Assembly (NCBI GenBank): GCA_044892525.1
Contig: CM097887.1
Span: forward strand, 23,126,001-23,190,000
Length of the DNA stretch: 64,000 bases
Origin: Schmidtea polychroa
Lineage: Eukaryota
Direction of reading: 5' to 3'
Both the position numbers and the translations under genes were made by a program. The notes below the pieces were generated by a model. That model saw only the letters and a list, made by a program, of their open reading frames with translations. It made no database searches and was not told where the DNA came from. Below, one piece after another: positions 10,122 through 19,928 of this stretch (position 1 is the stretch's first letter; the number at the start of each line of letters is the position of its first letter).

Positions 10122-11986
10122 TTTTGATAACTGTAACAAAGAAACAATGAGAATAAGAATTAAGATCGGCGATTTCTACTAAACTAGTATGGACACAATC
10201 ATTGGTTGATTTTCGTAAAATTAAGTAAAAGGAAAAAAAAATAAATAAATGATATAGTTTCGTTAGAAATAGTGTTAATTGCATTCAGTGAATTTTTAGA
10301 TGTCCATTTAGGGTGTAGGAGAAATTAACATTTGAATAATACTCTGCCAAAAATTTATGGTTATACTTAAAATATCCATTACCTACTGTTATCTGAGATT
10401 TTCAAATATTTACGTGAAAAATGACTCGCGAATGTATTGACATAATGGACATTAGATTTACAGTTTACCATAGAAATGGTTTAGGAAGAATCAGGAATGT
10501 TTGCATGATTGAATAATTAATGTTCATTTTTGCACATAGCTTTTCGACTACAGATATTTATTTTTGAAAAACGTAAAACAAAATTCTCCAGTGCCGCGTG
10601 AACGATCCTTAAATTAATGGCCCCAAATTGTAACTCATATTTGAATATTAAATTCAGAAAACCCGTTTAATCAACGTGCTACTATTAGATATTTAATAAG
10701 TCGCGTATGATCAGATTTCTATCCCCACCCTAAAAATCAATTTATTTATTTTTCATTATGGAGTCTACTGGTGCAATCAACCTATAAAATTTAGTCGATT
10801 ATTAACAGTCATCCGACGACGCATGAATCACTCGTAGAAATCATTAGCCACATGAATCGGAAAGATACGTATCGATTGGAGATAATTATGTCATGTGCGT
10901 GTGCCTCAGTTTTTGTTCTCACCGTCATTAGCGGGCTGGGAAAAGGATGCATGCGGCATATGTCAATGTGTATTTATATGTGGCAATGCGTGTGATTTGC
11001 CTTGTCTGCTTTCTTACTATCTATGTCAACGGGTTGCAGCTGATCGTCTCACACTGCGAGTTGGAATTATTTTAGTTATTCAATATGTTCTCTATGAGTA
11101 ATTCTCACCGCGCATGAACGTTGGAATTTTATTCTCGCGATGTGCAGTTCCCTCCGTTTTTCAACTTGGATGTTGTGATTTCGGGGAATATTCCCAGCAG
11201 TTCATTCAACAGAAATCTCTCTTATTTTGGTCGAAAGAGTCATTTATAGAAAGAACCTCGCGTTGCCGCTATCGTGGATTTTCAGGAGCAATGGAAAAAT
11301 TACAGCGTTTGTTGACAATTATATTTATACTAAAAATCTTTTGTTGAATAAATCTTCATTTATGCTCTCTATATTCTGATTTCGCATTTGATGAACATAT
11401 TTGTACGCGGTAAGTTTTGATAGAAAAATATTTTTCTGCTAAAAGATAGAATGTCAGTTGATGTCAATATACGATTTCTGATGTCAGTGTGATGTTTACT
11501 AAGAGTTTGTAGCCACCTCAGTCATTTTCAATTCAGATTTGCTCTACTTTTCAATATTGGAATATATTCCTCTGTACTTTAAACTCGTGCTTGCAGCATT
11601 ATATTTCCCTCAGCGACGGACCCGTGAGGAAGCCCCCACATTCCGGCCCACGTCAGCTGCGTGATTGAAGAGATCCACACCCGCCGGCTGAGCTCCCGAA
11701 GGCTCCTCATACCATGGCGTGGGTCTCCTCAACTCCACGTTTCTCAAAACAAATAATTTTAGCATAATCAATACGTTCGATGACAAAACATAACATAAAT
11801 ATTTATATATCATTAACCTTTAAATTAATTTACGAACTATAAAATCATTAAAAATTGAAATCGAATGGAGAAGTTTTTATTCAAAGGTTAGGTTAATATA
11901 ATAGAAATATTTAATCCTTCAAAAAACAAATTTCATAACAGCAATACATCCTTACTTCATTATTTGAAAAATTCTGTAGTTCCAAA

Positions 11987-12549
11987 GGCTGAGCCGAAAT
12001 ATAAACTGATCAAATCGGTTATATGAATGAGTAGTCTATAGAACTGTCCCTAATAGTCGTCTGAGTATGGTTTGGTTTTCCTGATTGTCGAGTACCTATA
12101 ATTGGTTTGGTTTTAACATTTTTATATAGTTAATACTATTCTTACCTATAATTGGTTTGGTTTTAACATTGACTATAGTGAATTTGCTGTTTACTTATAT
12201 AGGTATTTTTTGTTTATGCGGACCAATCAGAATTGAGTACCGCCTTATTTTATTCATTTAATTTATTTTCCTTGTTTTTGGGTTATTTCTTCTTATTTTC
12301 TTTATTAAAATTATGTTTTTATTTATTTTCCTTAATTTCCTTATTATCTACTACCTTTTACGTTATTTTTCGTCATTCTATTGTCCTATTTAATTGTTCT
12401 TATTTTTATGTTTTTTGTTTTAATTCTTATTTTCTAATTATTGCTTTTCTTATATTCTATTCTCTTTTATTCCTCAATCTATTTATTTTATTTTATATTT
12501 TTCTTTAGTTAAGTTTAACCTGATTTCCCAACTATCTTTCGGCTCAGCC
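11987..12549. mobile_element. MITE-like element with 13-bp terminal inverted repeats
   Basis: GGCTGAGCCGAAA at 11987 and its reverse complement ending at 12549; non-coding interior with a duplicated 29-mer; no clear TSD. Confidence 0.55.
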
Positions 12550-13359
12550 CAACACCTGGGAAGAAGACGCAAGAGACTTATTCGATCTTGATGTGATCTT
12601 CGTCGGAATTTCCCCGACAACTCTATAACAAGTGTGTGAATGTCTTAACGTTGTGATTGTACGAGTAGATTACCCGTTGTTGAATTTTTCTTTTGTGTGA
12701 TATTAGGACTGTAGTGTGAAGCTACCCCAGGAGCTGGTGATGATCGATTTCGTAATAATGTGTATTTAAAATAAATCTTTTGCGTTAACTAGTAAAGCGA
12801 GTTTGCGAATTATTATGCTGCATTTGTGTTGTAAGATTGAAATGGGTGAAAATGGTATATATAGGTTTTACTATTTCTAATCATATTTCTCAAGTTACCT
12901 CGTACGCTGGTTACGCCAGGCTGTATGCGGCGAGGTAATTTCCCATGAAGGTTTCATATCACGAAATTTTGAGATCTGGGTCCTTCAAGGCTTTTAACCA
13001 ACATTTATTATTAATTCATGTATATATAATTATATATTTATTTATTCATATTTTTATTTATTTGAGTTGCTACCCATAGGGTTCTTATTACAAACGTATT
13101 TGTATTGGAATTTTTACTATACTATTTTATATTATATTTTATCGAATTTCTGATTTAAATTTTCTAAACTAGTTTTCTATATGAATTGCTTATGAATTAA
13201 TCAATTATTGTTTTATGGGTTTTGACTATTTTGGTTTTAATTTATTTTGTTTACGTTTATTATTTATTTAATATTTTGGTAAGATTTACAGGTACACAAA
13301 ACAAATAATTGAGGATACTAAATTTTATTTATTTATCACAATTCTTAATGTTTTATTTT

Positions 13360-13640
13360 CTCTCTGGTAGCTGGTCACGACTTTCTTGAGCTCCGATTCT
13401 TCTCCATTGATGAAGTTGATATAGTTCCAGAAGAAAAACAGTTAACGACTCGCTGTATTTCGAAAGCAATGCAACCTATTTCACAGGTAATGGACATTTT
13501 TGTAGATAATAACCCTGACGAAAATCAATGCTTAACGGTTACGCGAACTATTGATAGCGCTATCATTTGCTATAAAGAAATTTATATGGAAAAAATGCTG
13601 CACGAGTTCAGCAAACTTTAAACAAGTTTTTAACTGCAAC
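13360..13640 (+). pseudogene. Possible pogo/Tigger transposase C-terminal relic
   Basis: TIDSAIICYKEIYMEK resembles the CYxEIYxEK tail of Tigger-type transposases. Confidence 0.35.
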
Positions 13641-13894
13641 ATTACGAGAACCAAACCAGAATCAGTCTACAGAAACGGTAATCGATTTAGAATCGTCAAG
13701 TTCATCAAATTAGAATTAAGAAAAAGAAAGTTACAAACTGTTTCTGTGTAGGGTTTAACACACGAATATATTCGTCGAATACTATTCGAATAATCTCTAC
13801 AGTAGATGGATTGGGCACCGCTAGCACAGTACCCCCCGCCCCCCGGTCGTAAAAAATTAAAAAAAATTTTTTTAAAGGTCAAATTTTAAACAAA

Positions 13895-14270
13895 GACATA
13901 TGACTCATCAAGGTCATTGAAACAAAGACCATGACTCATCCAATGACTCATCAAATTTCTCGAGGTCATTTAAACAAAGACCATGACTCATCAAGGTCAT
14001 ATGACTCATCAAAATTTTCAAGGTCATTTAAACAAAGACCATGACTCACCCAAGGTCATATGGCTCATACTATGACTCATCAGGTCATATGATTCATACT
14101 ATGACTCATCAAGGTCATTTTCAAGGTCATATGCCTCATCAAGGTAAAAAATTCCCAAGGTCATTTTCAAGGTCACCTGAGTCATCCTATGACTCATCAA
14201 GGTCATTTTCAAGGTCGCATGACTCATCCAAGGTCATATGAGTCGTCGCGATGAGTCATCAAGGTTATAT
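13895..14270. repeat. Subterminal array of ATGACTCAT and (TC)AAGGTCA motifs
   Basis: At least ten ATGACTCA/TGAGTCA motifs interleaved with at least ten AGGTCA motifs, often as ATGACTCATCAAGGTCAT; TTCCCGCCAA (E2F-like) at 14326. Confidence 0.9.
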
Positions 14271-14427
14271 CATTATTTTTAAAAAATATTATTATTTTTA
14301 AAAAATATTATTATTTTTTTCAAAGTTCCCGCCAACGAAAATTATTTATCGATAGCTCATTTTAAAGCTCAATCCAAGACCTTTCGAATGAGCCATATAT
14401 CTTGTTATTACGATTATTCTTTCTAAA

Positions 14428-14500
<73 letters not shown>
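14428..14500. repeat. (ATT)n microsatellite
   Basis: Direct inspection. Confidence 0.95.
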
Positions 14501-14501
<1 letters not shown>

Positions 14502-14656
14502 AAAAAAATGTTTTTTAGTTTTGTTGAGTTTTTAATTAAATAAATATTAACGTCAGAGTTTTGATGTTCTGAAAAACAATTATTTATGTTGCGGCCCGCC
14601 GGCTCATAATACTAGTCTAATGCGGCCCGCAGGCCAGTTTGAGTTTGAAACCCCTG
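14500..14656. mobile_element. hAT (Charlie/Buster-like) terminal fragment inserted into the Polinton arm
   Basis: Minus strand reads CAGGGGTTTCAAACTCAAACTGGCCTGCGGGCCGCA from 14656, a typical hAT terminus with GCGGCCCG repeats. Confidence 0.65.
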
Positions 14657-14910
14657 ATCTATAGGTTCATCTATAGGTTCATAGATTTCCTCATCAATTT
14701 CTTGAGTTTCTTCCTCATCATCAAATCCTGTATCTTGACTCTCAACTATCCAGCCGATATTTAAGGCATTTGTAATAGATAATATGTCCTCAATTTTCAC
14801 ACCAGCTATTTCTGCTAACTTTTCCAACAAAAAGTTGATTACAAATTCTAAATAATAAATAATTCGGTAATTAATTAATCATGTTAACCTTTTTCTGCAG
14901 TCATTTTCAT
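14657..14910 (-). pseudogene. Polinton small acidic-tail gene, 41-nt intron (14848-14888), 3' end cut by the hAT insertion
   Basis: MKMTAEK-E|FVINFLLEKLAEIAGVKIEDILSITNALNIGWIVESQDTGFDDEEETQ after GT-AG splicing; TATAAA about 27-32 nt upstream of the ATG. Confidence 0.5.
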
Positions 14911-15036
14911 CACTTTAAAACTATATTATAAGTTTGTTTATAGATTTTCTTTGTTAAATTTGCATGTCATTTGCATTTATGTTGCAATTAATAAAGAGAA
15001 AAACAAATATGACTAATACATTTATTAAATAGAACA

Positions 15037-15429
15037 TTAAAATATTTGTGAAAGTCTAGCAGACATAATTTTCCAAATAGGAGAATATACATCATTATTA
15101 TCAACTTTATATCCCTGGATTGCAATTGTTATATACCAATTTTCATTTTCTTTGAAACTGATTTCATCAAAAGCATCATAAAATCTTGCATATCTATTGT
15201 TGAACCATGCATGTTGATTACACGATAGATTCGAATCTAACCGTTTAAAAACATCATCAATAGTTTTGACATCAATCATTGAAAGCGTGCCGGATAAGAA
15301 TTGAAATTTAGTTGAAATTAGCTTGACTGGTGCAACCAATTTCATATTGATTTCTTCTTTCAAAAAATACATTTTATAGTTGTGGAACATTTCTTTAGGT
15401 TTTTCGGTGCATGAAATTTTCTTGGTCAT
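15037..15429 (-). CDS. Polinton-associated protein (130 aa), possibly an OB-fold ssDNA-binding protein
   Basis: Intact ATG-stop ORF; C-terminal WYITIAIQGYKVDNNDVYSPIWKI resembles viral T7 gp2.5/DUF2738-like SSB strands (by eye only). Confidence 0.6.
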   Translation of the reverse strand: MTKKISCTEKPKEMFHNYKMYFLKEEINMKLVAPVKLISTKFQFLSGTLSMIDVKTIDDVFKRLDSNLSCNQHAWFNNRYARFYDAFDEISFKENENWYITIAIQGYKVDNNDVYSPIWKIMSARLSQIF

Positions 15430-15462
15430 AGTGAATAATGATTAAATTGAAATGTTACAGGG

Positions 15463-15540
15463 TTTTTATACCTTTGACTCATGCCTATCAACCAATCAGA
15501 TTATAGCATGTCTTTGTTTAAATTTGCATGTCATTTGCAT
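15463..15540 (-). promoter_or_regulatory. Pol II-type promoter: two octamers, CCAAT, AP-1, TATA
   Basis: ATTTGCAT at 15522 and 15533, CCAAT at 15493, TGACTCA at 15475, TATAAAAA at 15470-15463, ATG at 15429. Confidence 0.65.
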
Positions 15541-15751
15541 TAATGCTGCATTTATGTTCTATTAATGTGACATATTATTATTAATGTTTTATTATTAATG
15601 TTTTATTATTATTACTATTTATATTACTATTTATATTATTTCTATTATTATTATTTCTATTTATATTATTATTACTATTTATATTATTACTATTATTACT
15701 ATTTATTACTATTTCAAATCTAAAAACGCAATAGAAACAAAAATACATTTA

Positions 15752-16162
15752 TTAATATTTATCAACAATCCGGGAGTAGTGAAACCTTCTCAGAGTTTTC
15801 ACTAACTCCCATTCGACATATCGCCGATATCGATCGGCACAACATGAACATCCGAACATATTTTGATACTCCGGCTCCATTTGTTTCATGGTTCTATTAA
15901 TCTTGATATCCCATAGGAATTGATGGAATACCTCCATGGTTCTAATTTGAGTGGAATAGAATATGAGATCCGGAATGATTTCTGGTTCTCTATCCTTGAT
16001 TATTTCTGCAATTTGAGGATAATAATATTTTATCCTATTCAGCATTACTTCTAAATATTTTTCTAAAATAATAAATATAAAAAATGTGAAAATAAAAATT
16101 TTAAATTTACCATAGTCGTCAATATCTTTCATTAGATTTGCTGCGCTTGGTATTTTGTACAT
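15752..16162 (-). CDS. Polinton orphan gene with a CxCC motif and a 48-nt in-frame intron (16063-16110)
   Basis: MYKIPSAANLMKDIDDY-E|KYLEVML...FGCSCCADRYRRY. The low-complexity GKFKIFIFTFFIFIIL stretch is exactly a GTAAAT...TTTTAG intron. Confidence 0.6.
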   Translation of the reverse strand: MYKIPSAANLMKDIDDYGKFKIFIFTFFIFIILEKYLEVMLNRIKYYYPQIAEIIKDREPEIIPDLIFYSTQIRTMEVFHQFLWDIKINRTMKQMEPEYQNMFGCSCCADRYRRYVEWELVKTLRRFHYSRIVDKY

Positions 16163-16221
16163 TTTGTTGAATAAATGAATCCTAAACAAAAAACCGTTTG
16201 TTTAAATCAATCAATAACCAA

Positions 16222-16656
16222 TTAGAAATCGACCAATGAAATTATCTCATTTCGAACATTGTCAACAAATTCTCTATACTCCAAATTTCTCAACCCCAAC
16301 ATGACAACCTTTCCACTAGCAAACACGTTGACACATATAAGGTTATATTTTAATAGTCTTATTGCCGGAAACAATTCCGGTTCAAACATACAATCACATT
16401 TTTTCGACATGTTATATAGATTGATACTATGTCCCATATCCATAGTAACGGTAATTGATTGGATTATAATATTATTTATTCGATATTGCAATTTATTATC
16501 CAAAGGTTTCTTACATCCCATGATTCGGCATTTACCAGTCTTGAAAAATATTATCGGATATTTCCCGCTTCTATCGATAATTTGCTGGGGTTTCCCTGAT
16601 GGGAACCTCATATTCGATACATCAAAATTTCCTCGATAATTTATATTTGCTAACAT
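16222..16656 (-). CDS. Minimal TATA-binding-protein (TBP)-like protein, 144 aa, two repeats
   Basis: Repeat 2, IQSITVTMDMGHSINL..MFEPELFPAIRLL..VNVFASGKVVMLG, aligns to TBP IQNMVGSCDV..IRL..YEPELFPGLIYRM..LLIFVSGKVVLTG. Repeat 1 retains NI..IIFFKTGKCRIMG. Confidence 0.88.
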   Translation of the reverse strand: MLANINYRGNFDVSNMRFPSGKPQQIIDRSGKYPIIFFKTGKCRIMGCKKPLDNKLQYRINNIIIQSITVTMDMGHSINLYNMSKKCDCMFEPELFPAIRLLKYNLICVNVFASGKVVMLGLRNLEYREFVDNVRNEIISLVDF

Positions 16657-16759
16657 TATTAAATCATTTATGAAAGTTAGTCTTTATATACAAATTGAGC
16701 ACGAGTTCAATAAATCATCGAATATAAACAAATACACATATATTTTTAAAATTTTTGAA
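16657..16759. promoter_or_regulatory. Bidirectional promoter between the TBP-like gene and the ATPase
   Basis: TATATAAA on the minus strand about 28 nt upstream of the TBP-like ATG; TATAAA at 16723 about 32-37 nt upstream of the ATPase ATG (16760). The background is AT-rich. Confidence 0.45.
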
Positions 16760-16892
16760 ATGGAATTAAGAAATGATGCAGTATACCAAATCGTTGGTCC
16801 GAGTGGTAGTGGAAAAACATTATTTGTTTGCAAATTACTAAAATCAAATTTATTCAAAACAAAATTCAACAGGATTTATTGGCATAGGGGTG
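16760..16892 (+). pseudogene. A32/FtsK-like packaging ATPase N-terminus, truncated
   Basis: MELRNDAVYQIVGPSGSGKTLFVCKLL..FNRIYW: Walker A plus the downstream F-x-x-I-Y-W strand of Polinton ATPases; sequence switches to piggyBac after about 16892. Confidence 0.75.
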
Positions 16893-18601
16893 TAGATTTT
16901 GTAGTTCAGAAGAAGAGGACATTACTGACAAGAGTACAGAGGCAGAAGATAACTGTAGTTCCAGTTATCAAGACGAAATTGCACCTGTTCAAATACCAGA
17001 CCCACTCGACCTACCATGGAGTTTTTCTTTAAGGTCTCATCCAGCGTTTCTTTTTTAAGGCGATTCTGGTATAAAGCTTGACAATTTAAACAAAGATAAC
17101 CCTATCCAACTGTTTGAATGTTTTTTTTTACTGACGAGCTTATAAATAAAATCGTTGTTGAAACAAATCGTTATGTGGAGCAGTATCTGAACTATAATAA
17201 AGACAATATAAAAAATCAATTTCGAGTAAAAGAATGGACAGCAACTATTATTATTCAGGGAATCTGCATAAATCCAGAGTGTAGATTATATTTTACGAAA
17301 CGAGAGAGCATCGAAACACCATTGCTTTGTAAACAACAAGGAGTTTGATGCTAATTCACCAAACCGAAGATTATTCAAAATTCAGCCGTTTATGTTCCTA
17401 ATCAAAAGATTTCCATTGACGAATCATTGATTGGGTGTAAAGGCCGGCTCGCCTGGAAACAATATATTCCCTCAATAAGAAAGAGATTTGGAATGAAAAT
17501 ATTTGTATTGTGCGAAAGTGAAACTGGTTATGTATACAATTTTTTTATTTATACTGGCTCGAGTACCCAGCATGGGAATTCCATTTACCTGATGAACCTG
17601 TATTTGGTAGAGTCGTATTGGAGTTATCACATTCGCTTCTGAACAAGGGTTATTGTTTATACGTTGATAATTATTATACCAGTCCCGATCTTACTGATAA
17701 ATTAATAAAAAGACGAATAGATTTTGTTGGAACGATGAGAGTAAATAGAAAGGGAATTCCAACTGAAATAAAATCTAAAAAATTACAAAAAGGAAATCAT
17801 ATTGCAATGTACAGAAGAAAACAAATGATAATGAAATGGAAGGATAAAAAAGATATAGTAAAATATAGTAATAGCACGATTCATGACGATAGTAAAAAAT
17901 TAGTAAAAGGAAAAAGCGGGTTCAAGGTGGAAAAACCGACTGTAGTGTTAGATTATAACTCAAGAATGGGAGACGTAGACTTGGCCGATAATATGCTCCA
18001 TTTTTACACATCGGCAAGATGTCGCCTAAAAAAATATTATATGAAAATATATAGGCATTTTTTAAATGTGGCTTCTCTTAATTCATTTATTTTATACAAA
18101 AAGCTAGGAGGACGGAAAAACCGCCTCAACTTTCTCTTAGATTTTTGGGAACAAATCGTAGAACAATATGCCACAGAAAAGGAGGTTTGTGGAAGAAGAC
18201 CAAAAATACCGAGACCATTGCGATTCCTTGAACGACATTTCATTGGTCTAATACCCCAAACTACGAAAGAAAACCCCACAAAACGTTGTGTAGTATGTTC
18301 CGAAAATGGGAAAAGGAAAGAGAGCAGGTATTGATGTGCTGATTGTTATACTGGACTTTGTCCAGCAACATGCTTCAAAATTTATGATACGAGAGACGAA
18401 AGAAATTGACCTAAATTGACGAAATATGTTAAAAATATATCATAAATATTACTTTTGTTAACATATTATCTTAATAAATATCATCGAATAAGATATTTTA
18501 TTTTTGTAACACTATGCCCAAGATGTATATATACGCTAGCGGATAACAAAACTCGCCGCTGAGGAGCGCATTTCGTTTGACGAAATAAACCACTTAAGAG
18601 G
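16893..18601 (+). mobile_element. piggyBac-family element, 5'-truncated, transposase with stops and frameshifts
   Basis: FFTDELINKIVVETNRY, SIDESLIGCKGR, LYVDNYYTS, VGTMRVNRKG, YNSRMGDVDLAD, C-terminal RCVVC..KESRY; right end ...AAGAGG followed by TTAA at 18602. Confidence 0.9.
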
Positions 18602-19149
18602 TTAAATAACATTATATTAAAAATAACTATTAAACCCATCATCATCTGACATCAGGGATGCTGAAAACAACAATAATACTAAAAATAGAAATTGTTTTAC
18701 ATTTAAAAATAGAAAATTGTTTACAACATAACAAATGTTAATGCTAAGAACTACAAAATTTTAGTATATAAACCAACGTTGAGATTCTTGGAATCTCAGC
18801 ATATACATCAATAACCACTGAACTTAAATTTCGGCCAGCACTTCACTGAATTTCTGGAAATTAGCTCTTTCCAACTCTATATCACATATATCATTAGAGT
18901 TTAAAAGATATCAATACTAATTGTGAGGAAGGATTAATTCCGATAGGTCATGCTGTAAGCAGAGCGCCCTGGCGCATGACACGCAATGAAAATCGCAACC
19001 GATAGGATGCGGCTAGCGTTTTGAGAAATCAAGTGTTCTTACCTGGATCGCCATCTGCTGTTATGATTACTATCGGCTTCGCTGATTTATATATTTGCAG
19101 ATAGAAGACTGAAAAGCAAATTTATACTAATGGGACAAGTCCCTTGTTT

Positions 19150-19500
19150 TCTTAGGTTAAGAAGACCATGTTTTCACATCAATATTGTCTTGTAACTTTG
19201 GTACCATGTTTAAACATTTGATCATATAATCTCACTCCAGTCTCATTCGACAATGATAATGATTGCTTCCCCATTTTCTCCTGTAGCCGTTGTTAAAGTT
19301 GGTACTAAAGCATTTAACAAATTCTCTTCTATAATTCTTTAATCAAGTTCGGAGTCAATTAATGCATGAACGGAGTATTTTATGAATTGTATTAGGTTCT
19401 TTCGGCATTTGTTTTATTTTCTAATCAACTTTATCTACTTATCTGCATTATCTAGTACACCACAGCGCTTTCCAGCTTCTTTGTAGAGGTGCCAAATTTA
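19150..19500 (-). pseudogene. Gypsy gag/protease relic
   Basis: Decayed VHALIDS (aspartic protease-like) downstream of the LTR at 19517-19928. Confidence 0.4.
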
Positions 19501-19516
19501 TTTAAAATCACTATAT

Positions 19517-19928
19517 TGTAACAAATGTAGAAAATTATATATATTCAGGGAACCCATTAATTGTTAAATTATTGAGCTTAGAAAGTAAAACGAGATACAA
19601 AATGAAAATGGATATTTCCGATTTTCAAATATTATTTCCGGATTTTCAAAAATCTATAATTTTAAAAATCAATAAAGTCAATAAAAAATAAAGTCGATAA
19701 AAAAATAAAATCGATAAAAATAAAATCATAAAAATAAAATCAATTAAAATAAATCGATAATATAGATGGAAAATATGCAATAAAATCAATAGTGCTAAAA
19801 TGATTAATTATCAATATATAAAAACTAAGATTATTATATTATAAATAAAAACACAACACTAGTAAATAAATATACGAAATAAACAGTGGTCAATGAATAT
19901 TAATGAATATTAATAACACTATGTTACA
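19517..19928 (-). repeat. LTR (412 bp)
   Basis: TGTAAC...GTTACA termini; purine tract AGGGAGGAAA immediately upstream on the minus strand. Confidence 0.65.

Larger units (their letters stand above)
1..10330 (-). mobile_element. Giant Ty3/Gypsy LTR retrotransposon, 5' part (continues beyond left edge), with accessory ORFs
   Basis: Gag with 3 CCHC knuckles, RT thumb/connection, RNase H and integrase in Gypsy order (RT-RH-IN). Right boundary inferred from a candidate LTR start TGTTAATT at 10330. Confidence 0.85.
7853..10330 (-). repeat. Candidate ~2.5 kb 5' LTR containing two ORFs
   Basis: TGTTAATT...AATTACA imperfect inverted termini; AATAAA plus T-rich tract just before the CA end. The partner LTR is outside the window, so this is unverified. 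Confidence 0.4.
13801..16892. mobile_element. Left arm of a Polinton/Maverick (adintovirus-like) element, truncated
   Basis: Terminus AGTAGATGG... followed by a C-rich stretch and subterminal short repeats; compact gene cluster ending in an A32-like packaging ATPase N-terminus; no matching right terminus seen in the window. Confidence 0.75.

Noticed and set aside
10853-11520. Alternative 5' LTR (TGAGG...TTCA) with PBS TGGCTAATG
   Set aside because: No recognisable tRNA match, no second copy and no TSD; left unassigned.
16259-16639. 126-aa plus-strand ORF
   Set aside because: Antisense shadow of the TBP-like gene.
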